Below, piece by piece: positions 40,597 to 49,417 of a stretch of DNA of 64,000 nt (the first letter of the stretch is position 1; each line of letters starts with the position of its first letter). The notes under the pieces were generated by a model that searched no databases, was not told the origin of the DNA, and worked only from the letters and a program-made list of their open reading frames with translations. The position numbers and the translations under genes are program-made. Origin of the DNA: an uncultured Selenomonas sp. (GTDB lineage: Bacteria > Bacillota > Negativicutes > Selenomonadales > Selenomonadaceae); NCBI GenBank assembly GCA_947167105.1, contig CAMVGU010000012.1, forward strand, positions 19,559 through 83,558. The letters run 5' to 3'.

Positions 40597-41103
40597 CTAA
40601 AATTCTTGAATGTGTTCAATATCTTTTTCGTCTCTATGGATTAATTTCATATCTACTTGATATGGTGTTTGAAGTCCGACATCTTTATTATTTTCCTTAT
40701 TGGGGGCTTGATATTCCTCCAGTTTACACTTGCCGAATACCTTTATTCGCGGCTGTAAGCCTTTTGCTCTCAGTTCATTATATAAATCCTGACACTCAGA
40801 ATTTATTATATTCTCTTGAATGATAAAATGATCAACATGTTTTTCTGTTCCGTCAGGAAATTCTAGTTTGACATTCTTTAGGCAGGTCGCCTTATCTATA
40901 TTTTTAACGACTTTTATTTTTTCTCTGTCTCCTATATTATCTGCTTGGCTTATATTGGAGTTTTTCATTTTTGCCAAGCCTGTATTATTCGCAAAATATC
41001 TATCTTTTGTCTTTCCATGATCGTTGTATGGCGAAAATTCTCCCGTGAAATGGCATTCTTGTCCAGCATACGGGATGATATTTTTTCTGTTTTTCTTCTT
41101 CAT
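40597..41103 (-). CDS. Hypothetical protein (168 aa), gene 5 of the AT-rich operon
   Basis: AT-rich ORF, Lys/Asn-rich, no TM segment, no motif recognised. 39 nt downstream of the Sel1-repeat gene. Confidence 0.55.
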   Translation of the reverse strand: MKKKNRKNIIPYAGQECHFTGEFSPYNDHGKTKDRYFANNTGLAKMKNSNISQADNIGDREKIKVVKNIDKATCLKNVKLEFPDGTEKHVDHFIIQENIINSECQDLYNELRAKGLQPRIKVFGKCKLEEYQAPNKENNKDVGLQTPYQVDMKLIHRDEKDIEHIQEF

Positions 41104-41142
41104 AACAACACATTCCTTTATTTCTATAGAAATTTAATACAA

Positions 41143-43224
41143 CTAAACTGGATTGCTTTCAATCCACTTCTTTGCATCATCATCGCCTTTTTCAGCGGCC
41201 TTTTCATACCATGAATGTGCTATGTTTTTATCAACTGCAACACCGTACCCATTCAAATACATTTCACCAAGATTACGCTCTTCATAACCATTGGCTGATC
41301 CGGCTGCAATGCCTTTTTGGTAATATGCGATTGCTGTTTGATAATCCACATCAACTCCATGCCCATATCTATAAGCCCATCCCAAATTACCTAAGGATGA
41401 AGGAAATTTATGCCTTTCTCCGATGTGCCACCAGTTTAAGGCTTCTTCGTTATTTCCATTTCCTTCTTGGCTATAATGACGAGCTATCTGATTTATGGTA
41501 TAATCATTGAATTGATGATGTTCAAACGCTTTTTTATACCATTCTATACCATAGGAGATATTTGCTTCGACACCTAATTCACCCCTAAAATAAATGTCGC
41601 CTAAGTATAGCATAGCTCTTCCATATCCCATCTCGGCGGCAATTTTAAAATATTTTTCCGCTAATTTTCCATTTTGTTCTACGCCTTGCCCAATGTAATA
41701 ACGCTTAGCTATGCCGTGATAGGCACGAAAATATCCCTGTGCTGCTGCCATTTCAAAGTAATTTAAGCCTAAGTTGTAATCAGATTCTTTTTTTCCTTCA
41801 GTAGCATTGCCAAGGTTAAAGTAATATAAAGCAAGTTCGTACTGAGCAAAAACATCATCTTGATTTGCCTTAGTCATCAATTCCTCGCAGAAGTTGAATG
41901 CCTCTTTCCAATCAATTACTTGCAATAAAGCACCATGAACTGCTGAACAGCAATAGCCCTCATCCAAATTCTGACGGATAAGTTCCTTAGCATGTTCTAA
42001 ATTACAGTCTACATCCAGACCGTCATCATAAATACGCGCCAACATGTACCTTGCCTCCACATTTCCTGCTTCGGCAAGTTCTTCTAAGAGAGGAAGTGCT
42101 TCCGTAATCTTGCAATTAAGGAACAAAGCCTTTGCTTTTTGTGCCTTTTCTTTTTCAAGTTTCGCATACCTAAGCTGTTCCAAGTTATAGAGCATTTCCA
42201 GTTCTAATTCATAATAAGGGATTTCGGTTTCCAGATGTACGTTTTCTTGTTGCAACAGATAACCATCTACCATTTGATAAGCAATATCTGTATTGGAAAG
42301 GTCAACACCGTTGCGCTGTAAAAGTCGTGCAGTTGTTTCTGTGATATATCGTTCCTCTGTACTTAGTCGATTCATTTTGCTAAGGCCAACGGATAATATT
42401 TCGTTATTCGTGGCAAGTTCATTCACACGAAGTTCCGGGCTGATAAGATGTGAAAACAGCTCCTTGTTTCCGCCAACCTCACGGACAAAGTTCTCATAGC
42501 TCATAGTTGCCTTGGGGTCAAGTCCGATGGTTCCCATGGCAGCCTTTAGCAAAAGCAGGTCAGAGGCACGCCATTCACCTTTGGTTATGCTGTAAAAATC
42601 ATGTGCCATGCAGACCAGTTTTGTAACATCATCAAGTTCCTGATACTCTATGCCGTTGTACATTTGGTATTCAATGGAATTTTGCCAATTCAACAGGTCT
42701 ACATTTCGCTCTAGGCGGTCTATCCGTGTTGCAAGCTGCATGATGTCGGCACGGGTACGGCGGAAGAAGGTTTGCATCGTGCCGCAAATGTCTCGCATCG
42801 TCCCATAGACGTTATTGATTTCTTGCTCCACGGCAATCATAGATGCGTTTAGCTTGTTGTTGACGGCTGTAATCAATTCGAAACTCATCAAGTTTTGCTC
42901 AGCCAGCTTCTGCAATGTTTGCTGTGAGGCATATTGCGCCCTAGCCAAGTTCCGGTCTATATCAGCTTGCAACCGCCTATTTTTGCCCGTAATATTATTC
43001 CAGAAACGTTTTAACATGCCTTGTGAGGCTTTCTGCTCTACAAGGTTTTCGCTTGCAGTCAGTGCAGCGGTGCTCTCGAAAACAAGACGATTTATTTGGT
43101 AGCGATTGCCCTTGTGACGTTCGATTATACTGTCAATTTGACGATCTATTTCTGTTTTTTCCTCTGACAACAGTAAACTGTCGTCCACACACATCAGCTC
43201 GTATTTCAACTTTCTCAGCTCCAT
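41143..43224 (-). CDS. Coiled-coil N-domain + Sel1-like repeat (SLR/TPR) protein, gene 4 of the AT-rich operon
   Basis: 693 aa. The N-terminal ~340 aa is heptad-rich. The C-half has about eight Sel1-type repeats (e.g. AEAGNVEARYMLARIYDDG, AAAQGYFRAYHGIAKRYYIGQGVEQN, AAEMGYGRAMLYLGDIYFRG, SLGNLGWAYRYGHGVDVDY, GSANGYEERNLGEMYLNGYGV, AAEKGDDDAKKW). The ATG overlaps the upstream gene by 10 nt. Confidence 0.8.
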   Translation of the reverse strand: MELRKLKYELMCVDDSLLLSEEKTEIDRQIDSIIERHKGNRYQINRLVFESTAALTASENLVEQKASQGMLKRFWNNITGKNRRLQADIDRNLARAQYASQQTLQKLAEQNLMSFELITAVNNKLNASMIAVEQEINNVYGTMRDICGTMQTFFRRTRADIMQLATRIDRLERNVDLLNWQNSIEYQMYNGIEYQELDDVTKLVCMAHDFYSITKGEWRASDLLLLKAAMGTIGLDPKATMSYENFVREVGGNKELFSHLISPELRVNELATNNEILSVGLSKMNRLSTEERYITETTARLLQRNGVDLSNTDIAYQMVDGYLLQQENVHLETEIPYYELELEMLYNLEQLRYAKLEKEKAQKAKALFLNCKITEALPLLEELAEAGNVEARYMLARIYDDGLDVDCNLEHAKELIRQNLDEGYCCSAVHGALLQVIDWKEAFNFCEELMTKANQDDVFAQYELALYYFNLGNATEGKKESDYNLGLNYFEMAAAQGYFRAYHGIAKRYYIGQGVEQNGKLAEKYFKIAAEMGYGRAMLYLGDIYFRGELGVEANISYGIEWYKKAFEHHQFNDYTINQIARHYSQEGNGNNEEALNWWHIGERHKFPSSLGNLGWAYRYGHGVDVDYQTAIAYYQKGIAAGSANGYEERNLGEMYLNGYGVAVDKNIAHSWYEKAAEKGDDDAKKWIESNPV

Positions 43225-44933
43225 TCTTCGGAAAGCATCTGTCGTATCTCGTTTTTCAAAGTCGTGCGCTCCTTCATAATCTTCTGTCTTTCAACATGAT
43301 ATGCTCTCTCGTCTCGTTTTGCCTGTTGCAATGTCCGTTCTGTCTGCATCAAGGTTCGATTCATCCTTTGCACAGGGCGCATGATTTTACCTATTTGGTG
43401 GGGGTGAAGGTGATACTTACTGAGAAGTTCCTGCTTCTTTGCAAGGAAGTTTTCTCTTTGTCGTTCCATATTTGAGGAAATATCTTTTCCGTCGATGACA
43501 TTCTCCAGCACACGACGCATCCCGTCTGTCCATTCTTCCGGGTACGGCATCTCTATGAACTCTCGTTGCATAGCAATATCGTTATAGCGTTCCTTGATGA
43601 AATTATGTGCCCATCCTGCGTAGTCGCCACTGGCATACATGTCTTTCAGTGCATCATAGTCTATATCTTCCTTAATAGATTCCATTAAGAGCTCGGCTTC
43701 GTTCTGAGTGAGGAATTCGTGATCCAATACTTTTCCAAGTTCTGCTTCAAAAATCCGCAGCATTTTCTTGGCATCATCTTCGATAACTGCATCCAGAACA
43801 CCTTTCGTAGCTGCACCGCCAAGCGAACCTCCTGCAAACGAGCCTATAATACCTCCCACAAAAGCGCCAGCAGCTGTGCCGATGATAGGCACAAAAGAAC
43901 CGGCAGCCGCTCCCGCCGCTGCTCCGCCTACCCATCCTGCTGCTCCACCCGCAACAGCTCCGGCAGTAGTCGTTACATTCTTAAATAGTTGGCCGCTAGA
44001 AATACGGCCTTTAAACATGTCGATAGCATCCTTGCCGGAGAGTATGACCACCGTGATGGCTGCCGTGATGATATTATTACGAAGCAGCTTGGACACATTG
44101 TTCATCGCAGCCGCTCCGTAGATATTTTCCCCTGTTTGCAAACCATTGGCAATATATCCAGATACCTTGCTCCCCATAGCTTTAGTCAGCAAATCCGTCC
44201 CACCTCTCAGACCTGCCGTAATGCCCATACGGGTTGCTTGGCTGGCTAAAATTGTGGACAAAAAAGAAACACCGCCGACCTTCAATCCAGATACGACAGC
44301 TCTTTCTACAGCCGTTGAAAAATCATCGCCATTCCATACTGATAGCGCAAAAGTTATAACTGCTGATACGCCGACTGCACTTGTGGCGATAATCACGCCA
44401 TTGACTGCATCAAACTTCAATGATTCAATCGTTCCGGCCTGTGCAATGGCCTTGGCTTCCTCATAGGTATATGCACCACGACGTATGATGTCTTTTGCTT
44501 TGCTGGGGTCTGTGATGCCATCTACTTCGCCATTTTTGATGCGGCGCTCCATAGCCGATACCGCAGAATCATACATGTCAGAAGGAACCTCAATTTGCAT
44601 TGGTTCCCCTGATTCAGTGTAGTAGCGGAAATGTCCGTCTTGAAAGCACTCTGCTACGCAAGCAGAGCCAGATGCACAGTATTTAGATTGAATCATTTGG
44701 CCGTCAACGATGCGATCGGCACCATTGGCAGCATTATCATCCCCGAGAATTCGTGCATCACGACCATTCATGTAGTCATTGAGGTGGTCTGCACGTTCCG
44801 CAGCAAAACCATGGCCTTGTCTGGCATGGAACTTTTCCATGCCAGAAGTTGTTTCGCTGGAAATACGGTTGGCGTATTGAACTCCTACCGCTTCGGACGA
44901 AGAATGTGAATTTCGGTCGTTCATATTTATCAT
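43215..44933 (-). CDS. Multi-TM protein with a glycine-zipper segment, gene 3 of the AT-rich operon
   Basis: 572 aa. Soluble N-domain (FHARQGHGFAAERADHLND...). Hydrophobic segments from ~aa 185. A long Gly/Ala zipper (GAVAGGAAGWVGGAAAGAAAGSFVPIIGTAAGAFVGGIIGSFAGGSLGGAA). A charged coiled-coil tail. Confidence 0.75.
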   Translation of the reverse strand: MINMNDRNSHSSSEAVGVQYANRISSETTSGMEKFHARQGHGFAAERADHLNDYMNGRDARILGDDNAANGADRIVDGQMIQSKYCASGSACVAECFQDGHFRYYTESGEPMQIEVPSDMYDSAVSAMERRIKNGEVDGITDPSKAKDIIRRGAYTYEEAKAIAQAGTIESLKFDAVNGVIIATSAVGVSAVITFALSVWNGDDFSTAVERAVVSGLKVGGVSFLSTILASQATRMGITAGLRGGTDLLTKAMGSKVSGYIANGLQTGENIYGAAAMNNVSKLLRNNIITAAITVVILSGKDAIDMFKGRISSGQLFKNVTTTAGAVAGGAAGWVGGAAAGAAAGSFVPIIGTAAGAFVGGIIGSFAGGSLGGAATKGVLDAVIEDDAKKMLRIFEAELGKVLDHEFLTQNEAELLMESIKEDIDYDALKDMYASGDYAGWAHNFIKERYNDIAMQREFIEMPYPEEWTDGMRRVLENVIDGKDISSNMERQRENFLAKKQELLSKYHLHPHQIGKIMRPVQRMNRTLMQTERTLQQAKRDERAYHVERQKIMKERTTLKNEIRQMLSEEWS

Positions 44934-44958
44934 TCCTATTCGTATCGGAAAAATGTTT

Positions 44959-45621
44959 TTATTCGGTTATCCATTTGGAATGAGTTTCGACAGTTATATC
45001 GCTCATAGTGCCTTCACACGTTTTCACATTTCGGGAGTCTCTGACAACATCTCCTGAAAATAGTGGTGTTATTTCCTTGCCGTCCATAACGCCGTTTAAG
45101 TTAAAAGTAACGATATCCTGCTGATAAGGAGATTCTATATAGTTTGTATAAACCTCAACTGTAGCAAATAGATTGTTTTTTTTCTCGTAATCTGAGGTAA
45201 CATACGCTATTTTTTCTCCTTTTTTAACTTGAATTTTGTTATCAAAATAAACATTATCATCTCTTGAACTTTTTATTATTTTAGTATAGTAATTGTTGCA
45301 TTCAGCTATAAGACGTGGATCATCAAAAGTTGAAAACTCAAAATGGGCTATGAATAGCCGAATTCCAAGTTTTATCTCCTTATCATTTGTGAATGTGAGA
45401 TAGATACCATAGTAATATATACCCCCCTCACAAATTCCGTCAAAAGGAGCGCGAATTCCCCCTCTTGGCTCTTTTATGAATACTTGACGCCTATTATACA
45501 TATTACTTCCTAATAATCGAGAATCCCAATTTTTTGTGTTATAATATCCATCCATGTCAGTTCTTGGTACAAAAGTACCTGAAACTGGAAAATTATCTAT
45601 GTAAATGTTTCTGATTTCCAT
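44959..45621 (-). CDS. Hypothetical protein (220 aa), gene 2 of the AT-rich operon
   Basis: AT-rich ORF, Tyr/Asn-rich, no TM segment or signal peptide. No firm motif. Confidence 0.55.
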   Translation of the reverse strand: MEIRNIYIDNFPVSGTFVPRTDMDGYYNTKNWDSRLLGSNMYNRRQVFIKEPRGGIRAPFDGICEGGIYYYGIYLTFTNDKEIKLGIRLFIAHFEFSTFDDPRLIAECNNYYTKIIKSSRDDNVYFDNKIQVKKGEKIAYVTSDYEKKNNLFATVEVYTNYIESPYQQDIVTFNLNGVMDGKEITPLFSGDVVRDSRNVKTCEGTMSDITVETHSKWITE

Positions 45622-45660
45622 TATGACATGTGCCGCTCCTTATAAATTACATAATAAATA

Positions 45661-45858
45661 TTATTCTTTCAAATCATCTTCATCATCGTGCAACATTTTC
45701 GCAATATCATCAGGTGTATTTTCAATGTATCCTGCTTCATATCCACATTCAGGACAGTAAATTAAACTGGAATAGTCCATGCCGTGTTCTATCTCCAGTT
45801 GGGCACCGCATTTAGGGCATTTCTGTGGAAATTTCTTTGAACTCACATTTTGTTCCAT
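45661..45858 (-). CDS. Small zinc-ribbon protein (65 aa), gene 1 of the AT-rich operon
   Basis: CPKCGAQL...x16...CPECGY. ATG at 45858 preceded by AAAGGAGA. The track ORF extends upstream to 45957. Confidence 0.6.
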   Translation of the reverse strand: MEQNVSSKKFPQKCPKCGAQLEIEHGMDYSSLIYCPECGYEAGYIENTPDDIAKMLHDDEDDLKE

Positions 45859-45947
45859 TTTCTTATCTCCTTTTACAATAAATATACAGGAAAAACATGT
45901 GATTCTATCCGCTTCCTTTGATATCAAACTCCGAACTTCCACACAGC

Positions 45948-46100
45948 TTATTTTCACAGGCTTTTACGGACAGCGGCTGCCACCACATCGACTTTTCCAC
46001 ATCATTGAACGACACCAAAAGGGACATATCAATTTGCAGTCCGTCTGCAATATCAAGGAGCATCGGCACGGACAGCGTATCGTTATACTTTCGACTGTCC
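45948..46100 (-). pseudogene. Truncated duplicate of the XRE-regulator gene 3' end (remnant)
   Basis: ~143 nt is about 97% identical (4 mismatches) to 49027-49170. In the XRE frame it reads ..DSRKYNDTLSVPMLLDIADGLQIDMSLLVSFNDVEKSMWWQPLSVKA.., with a TAG immediately upstream. The HTH part is therefore missing. Confidence 0.8.
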
Positions 46101-46126
46101 TAAGTATAAAGCGGATGATTGGCAAA

Positions 46127-46149
46127 AAGGTTGCCTGGCAGGCAACCTT
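46127..46149 (-). terminator. Hairpin terminator (bidirectional shape) downstream of the flagellin-DIP1984 unit
   Basis: aaggttgcc / ggcaacctt stem with a 5-nt loop, flanked by A- and T-runs. Confidence 0.6.
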
Positions 46150-46364
46150 TGAAAAAATTTCCAATGATATTCCCACAACCCACCCTCGCGTAAATGTCAG
46201 TACCCGGTAGTAAAAATGAACCGTAAAATGTGCATTTGTAACAATGAGGGCTGACAATGACGGCTTTACGCCGTGCGCATTCGCCCCGAAATGCTTTTTG
46301 TGGGTGCAACTGTTTACCCTGTTGCCGGGCCGGTACTCGCCCATAAAACGCTACACCAAAATAG

Positions 46365-46817
46365 TTATTGCAATTCCGTCAGCCAGTTCAACTGCTGAAT
46401 CCTAGAGTCGAGGCTTCGAAGGTCTTTGGACAGTGCGTCCAGTTCCTTTCGCTTCTCCGGCACGGACACTGTGCTGTGAACCTTGATTTCCGTATATGCA
46501 GAGCGTTCCACCAATTCGCTGGCTCTGTCGAGGAAATCGCGCATAAGGCCGACTTTCTTCTGCAAACACTCGCGCTTTGCCAAAAGCGCGGTAAGGGTTT
46601 CGCCGTTGTCCATGGTCGCAGAATTGGTCATGTTAATCCGGAGAATAAGTTCCTCAAGCCGCAAAATCATGCCGTCCATCTCTTGTAAGAGTTCTGCCGG
46701 ATTCTCCACCGGCTTTTCACCCTCCTGCACTTTGGCGTTATTAAGCAAACGCCCCCGTAGCTGTGAGAGTCGCTTTTGAATGTCTGCCCTCTCCTGCAGT
46801 GCTTCCGCTAATTTCAT
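46365..46817 (-). CDS. DIP1984-family (septicolysin-like) protein
   Basis: 150 aa. MKLAEALQERADIQKRLSQLRGRLLNNAKVQEGE...RINMTNSAT...NWLTEL matches my memory of the DIP1984 family consensus. GGGGGAA lies upstream of the ATG. Confidence 0.75.
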   Translation of the reverse strand: MKLAEALQERADIQKRLSQLRGRLLNNAKVQEGEKPVENPAELLQEMDGMILRLEELILRINMTNSATMDNGETLTALLAKRECLQKKVGLMRDFLDRASELVERSAYTEIKVHSTVSVPEKRKELDALSKDLRSLDSRIQQLNWLTELQ

Positions 46818-46887
46818 AATCTATTCCCCCCTGATGTCGTGAGCAATCCGCTCCAAAATGTGTCAAGATATATCATTATTGGTTTCA

Positions 46888-48972
46888 TCACAGCAATCCC
46901 AGCACATCGCCTGCATTTTGATTTGCCTGTGCGAGCATAGCCTGTGCAGCTTGTGCCAAGATGTTGCTCTTGGTGTAGTTCATTATTGCCTTGGACATAT
47001 CAGCATCGCGAATTACGCTTTCGGAATGGATTGCATTTTCCTGCGCAATAACCAGATTGTCAATGGTTTCTTCCAGTCTCATTTGATATGCACCCATACG
47101 CACATTTTCATTCAGTGCATATTCTACTGCCAAATCCAATTTTTCCAGTGCTTCTCTAGCTTTTTCCTGTGGGTCAACGGCAGCATCTTCCAATCCCATG
47201 GCTTTTGTTCGCATATCATTGATGTAAATACGAAGATGCTGGTTAGCCTTTGGCCCAGTGTGGATGATAAGAGGATTTCCCTCAAAAAGTTTATCATCGT
47301 AAATAATTACATCTTCACCACCTGAAACGCTATCGTCACCATCATCACCGGGAAGGGCATCATTACCGCCGGGAATCGTATCGTTTCCACCAGAGATTGT
47401 ATCATCGCCATCTGCGGCAGTATCATCAACGCCGTATATTTCTTCATCACCGCCACTAAGTGAACCTATACCGCCATTATAGAAAACAGGAGGTGGACTG
47501 TCAGCTTTCCAAAAGCTATATGTATCTGTCTCAATGTCGTGATGCAGTATCACGGAATGATGGTCTTTCACTAAAGCTACGTCAGTAGCGGAGGGATCAT
47601 TCTCTCCCTTTGCGTCTTGTATTCCTCTAAATATATTTTGCAAAATTTCCGATTGTGTCTGCACATCTCGGCCAATGCCAACCACATATACCTGCGAATA
47701 TTTGTAATTACTGGGTGTATCCGCTGGTGGAGTGAACAATACCCCCGTACCAGCAGGACGATTTGTTTCCAATTTTATACTTACAAACTGGTAACACCCC
47801 TGACATAAAATGGAAATACTCTGATTATTGAGGTCGATTGGCAAATTAACTGGATTACCGTTTACTGTAGCGTTGGAAAAGTCTATATCCACAGTATATC
47901 CCGTAACAGTGGTACTGAGTGGTTCACCCGTTTGGCTTATAACCAGTTTATCATTTTCATCCTGTTCTATACGGCAGGGAACAAAAACCCCAAGGTCATT
48001 CTTAACATAATACGTTGTAGACGAATTCAATGTTGGATTATTAGTATTAAAAGTAAGGCTCATATACGAACCAGAAGAGCCAACTGGCAAATATAATGAA
48101 GGCTCAGAATGATATGTAACAGTCCCCATATTTGGTAATGATGATCTGACAAAACTTAATGTACGTTGCGTCAAAGGGTAGGGCCATGACTGTACTGATG
48201 TAGAACGTGGACTATATCCTCTTACTCTTCCGCTATATGCCCATGCATTTGCTGGAGGGAAAAGGCCCTGTATTTGATTTTCTTTTGCTGGGGCAGTCGG
48301 TTCAAGACTGGGTGTGTCGCTTGTTGCGCCAAGCAACCTCAGGGAGCTACCGACTGCATTTGTGGAAAAACCGAACACCCCTCCTTTCTTGCTTGCAAAA
48401 GAAGCAGAAAAAAGTACATCTGTGGAATTTTGCGGAATTATATTGTTTCCCTGCGTCAATGCCCCATTAAAGGAAGAGGCCAATAGCATCGGTCTACTTA
48501 GTTCATTTACTCCCTTACCATTCGAGGTACCACCTTCCCTGTACCAGTACCTTCCATCCAGCAAAATCTTTCCGTTGTAGTTGGTAGTGGATGCCAGTTC
48601 ATCAATCTCTGCCATGCGAGATGAAAATTCTTTCTGCAAGATTTTTCTGTCTTTCTCTGAATTGTGGTCGTTGAGAGAGTTCAGAGCCAGTTCCTTCATT
48701 GTCCTAAGCGAGTCGATGATTCCCTGAATACCGCCCTCCGCAGTTTTCACTAGAGTAATGCCTTTCTGGGAATTCTCGATATCCTGCCCCAAAGCGCGCA
48801 CCAAAATCCGAAGTTTCTCCGATTGTGCATATTCCGATGCGCCATCCGTAGCTCCGGTTATTTTGGTGCCGGTGGAAACCTTTTTCAAGTCCTTGGCCAA
48901 CTTATTGGCATTTTTGTTGAGTTCTCCCAAAGCTAACGCCGCGGCGTTGTTATTCGCTACTGTCATCGCCAT
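46888..48972 (-). CDS. fliC: Flagellin homologue with a very large, divergent central region (~694 aa)
   Basis: Conserved N-terminal D0/D1 (MAMTVANNNAAALA...LVKTAEGGIQGIIDSLRTMKELALNS...YNGKILLDG). Conserved C-terminus (NVRMGAYQMRLEETIDNL...ESVIRDADMSKAIMNYTKSNILAQAAQAMLAQANQNAGDVLGLL). Start set at ATG 48972 (AGAGGG upstream); the track starts at 49026. Confidence 0.88.
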   Translation of the reverse strand: MAMTVANNNAAALALGELNKNANKLAKDLKKVSTGTKITGATDGASEYAQSEKLRILVRALGQDIENSQKGITLVKTAEGGIQGIIDSLRTMKELALNSLNDHNSEKDRKILQKEFSSRMAEIDELASTTNYNGKILLDGRYWYREGGTSNGKGVNELSRPMLLASSFNGALTQGNNIIPQNSTDVLFSASFASKKGGVFGFSTNAVGSSLRLLGATSDTPSLEPTAPAKENQIQGLFPPANAWAYSGRVRGYSPRSTSVQSWPYPLTQRTLSFVRSSLPNMGTVTYHSEPSLYLPVGSSGSYMSLTFNTNNPTLNSSTTYYVKNDLGVFVPCRIEQDENDKLVISQTGEPLSTTVTGYTVDIDFSNATVNGNPVNLPIDLNNQSISILCQGCYQFVSIKLETNRPAGTGVLFTPPADTPSNYKYSQVYVVGIGRDVQTQSEILQNIFRGIQDAKGENDPSATDVALVKDHHSVILHHDIETDTYSFWKADSPPPVFYNGGIGSLSGGDEEIYGVDDTAADGDDTISGGNDTIPGGNDALPGDDGDDSVSGGEDVIIYDDKLFEGNPLIIHTGPKANQHLRIYINDMRTKAMGLEDAAVDPQEKAREALEKLDLAVEYALNENVRMGAYQMRLEETIDNLVIAQENAIHSESVIRDADMSKAIMNYTKSNILAQAAQAMLAQANQNAGDVLGLL

Positions 48973-49300
48973 AGCTGCCGCCCTCTTTCTCATGCGATTC
49001 TGAACTGACGCATATTTTATTTTCACAGGCTTTTACAGACAGCGGCTGCCACCACATCGACTTTTCTACATCATTGAACGACACCAGAAGGGACATATCA
49101 ATTTGCAGTCCGTCTGCAATATCAAGGAGCATCGGCACGGACAGCGTATCGTTGTACTTGCCGCTTTCGATGCGAGAGAGGACGCTTTGGCTGATATGTG
49201 CAAGAGTTGCCAGCTCTTCCTGCTTTAAGTCGCGCAAGGTTCGATAGTAGGCGATTTTTGCTCCGATTTGCTTAAGCAATATCTTTTTTCGTACATCCAT
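48950..49300 (-). CDS. XRE-family HTH transcriptional regulator
   Basis: IGAKIAYYRTLRDLKQEELATLAHISQSVLSRIESGK is a classic Cro/C1 HTH. ATG at 49300 with AAAGGAGG upstream. The 3' end overlaps the flagellin start region. Confidence 0.85.
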   Translation of the reverse strand: MDVRKKILLKQIGAKIAYYRTLRDLKQEELATLAHISQSVLSRIESGKYNDTLSVPMLLDIADGLQIDMSLLVSFNDVEKSMWWQPLSVKACENKICVSSESHEKEGGSYGDDSSE

Positions 49301-49380
49301 GCCGTAACCTCCTTTCTGGCTATAGTGACCCATAGAATATTATCTCAAAACAGCTTCATGTCGGTCAAACATACCTGCAC

Positions 49381-49414
49381 CTAAATACGAATACTAACTT
49401 TCTAAATACGAATA
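49381..49414. promoter_or_regulatory. Two 13-bp direct repeats (candidate operator) between the two XRE genes
   Basis: ctaaatacgaata at 49381-49393 and again at 49402-49414. Start-to-start spacing is 21 bp (two helical turns). Lies in the 117-bp gap upstream of the XRE gene at 49300. Confidence 0.45.
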
Positions 49415-49417
49415 TCG

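Noticed and set aside
45964-46344. 126-aa minus-strand ORF (and 46100-46309, 69 aa).
   Set aside because: It reads the XRE-remnant repeat in the wrong frame relative to the intact paralogue. It is Cys/Arg-rich with no RBS. The region is better explained as a gene remnant plus a terminator.
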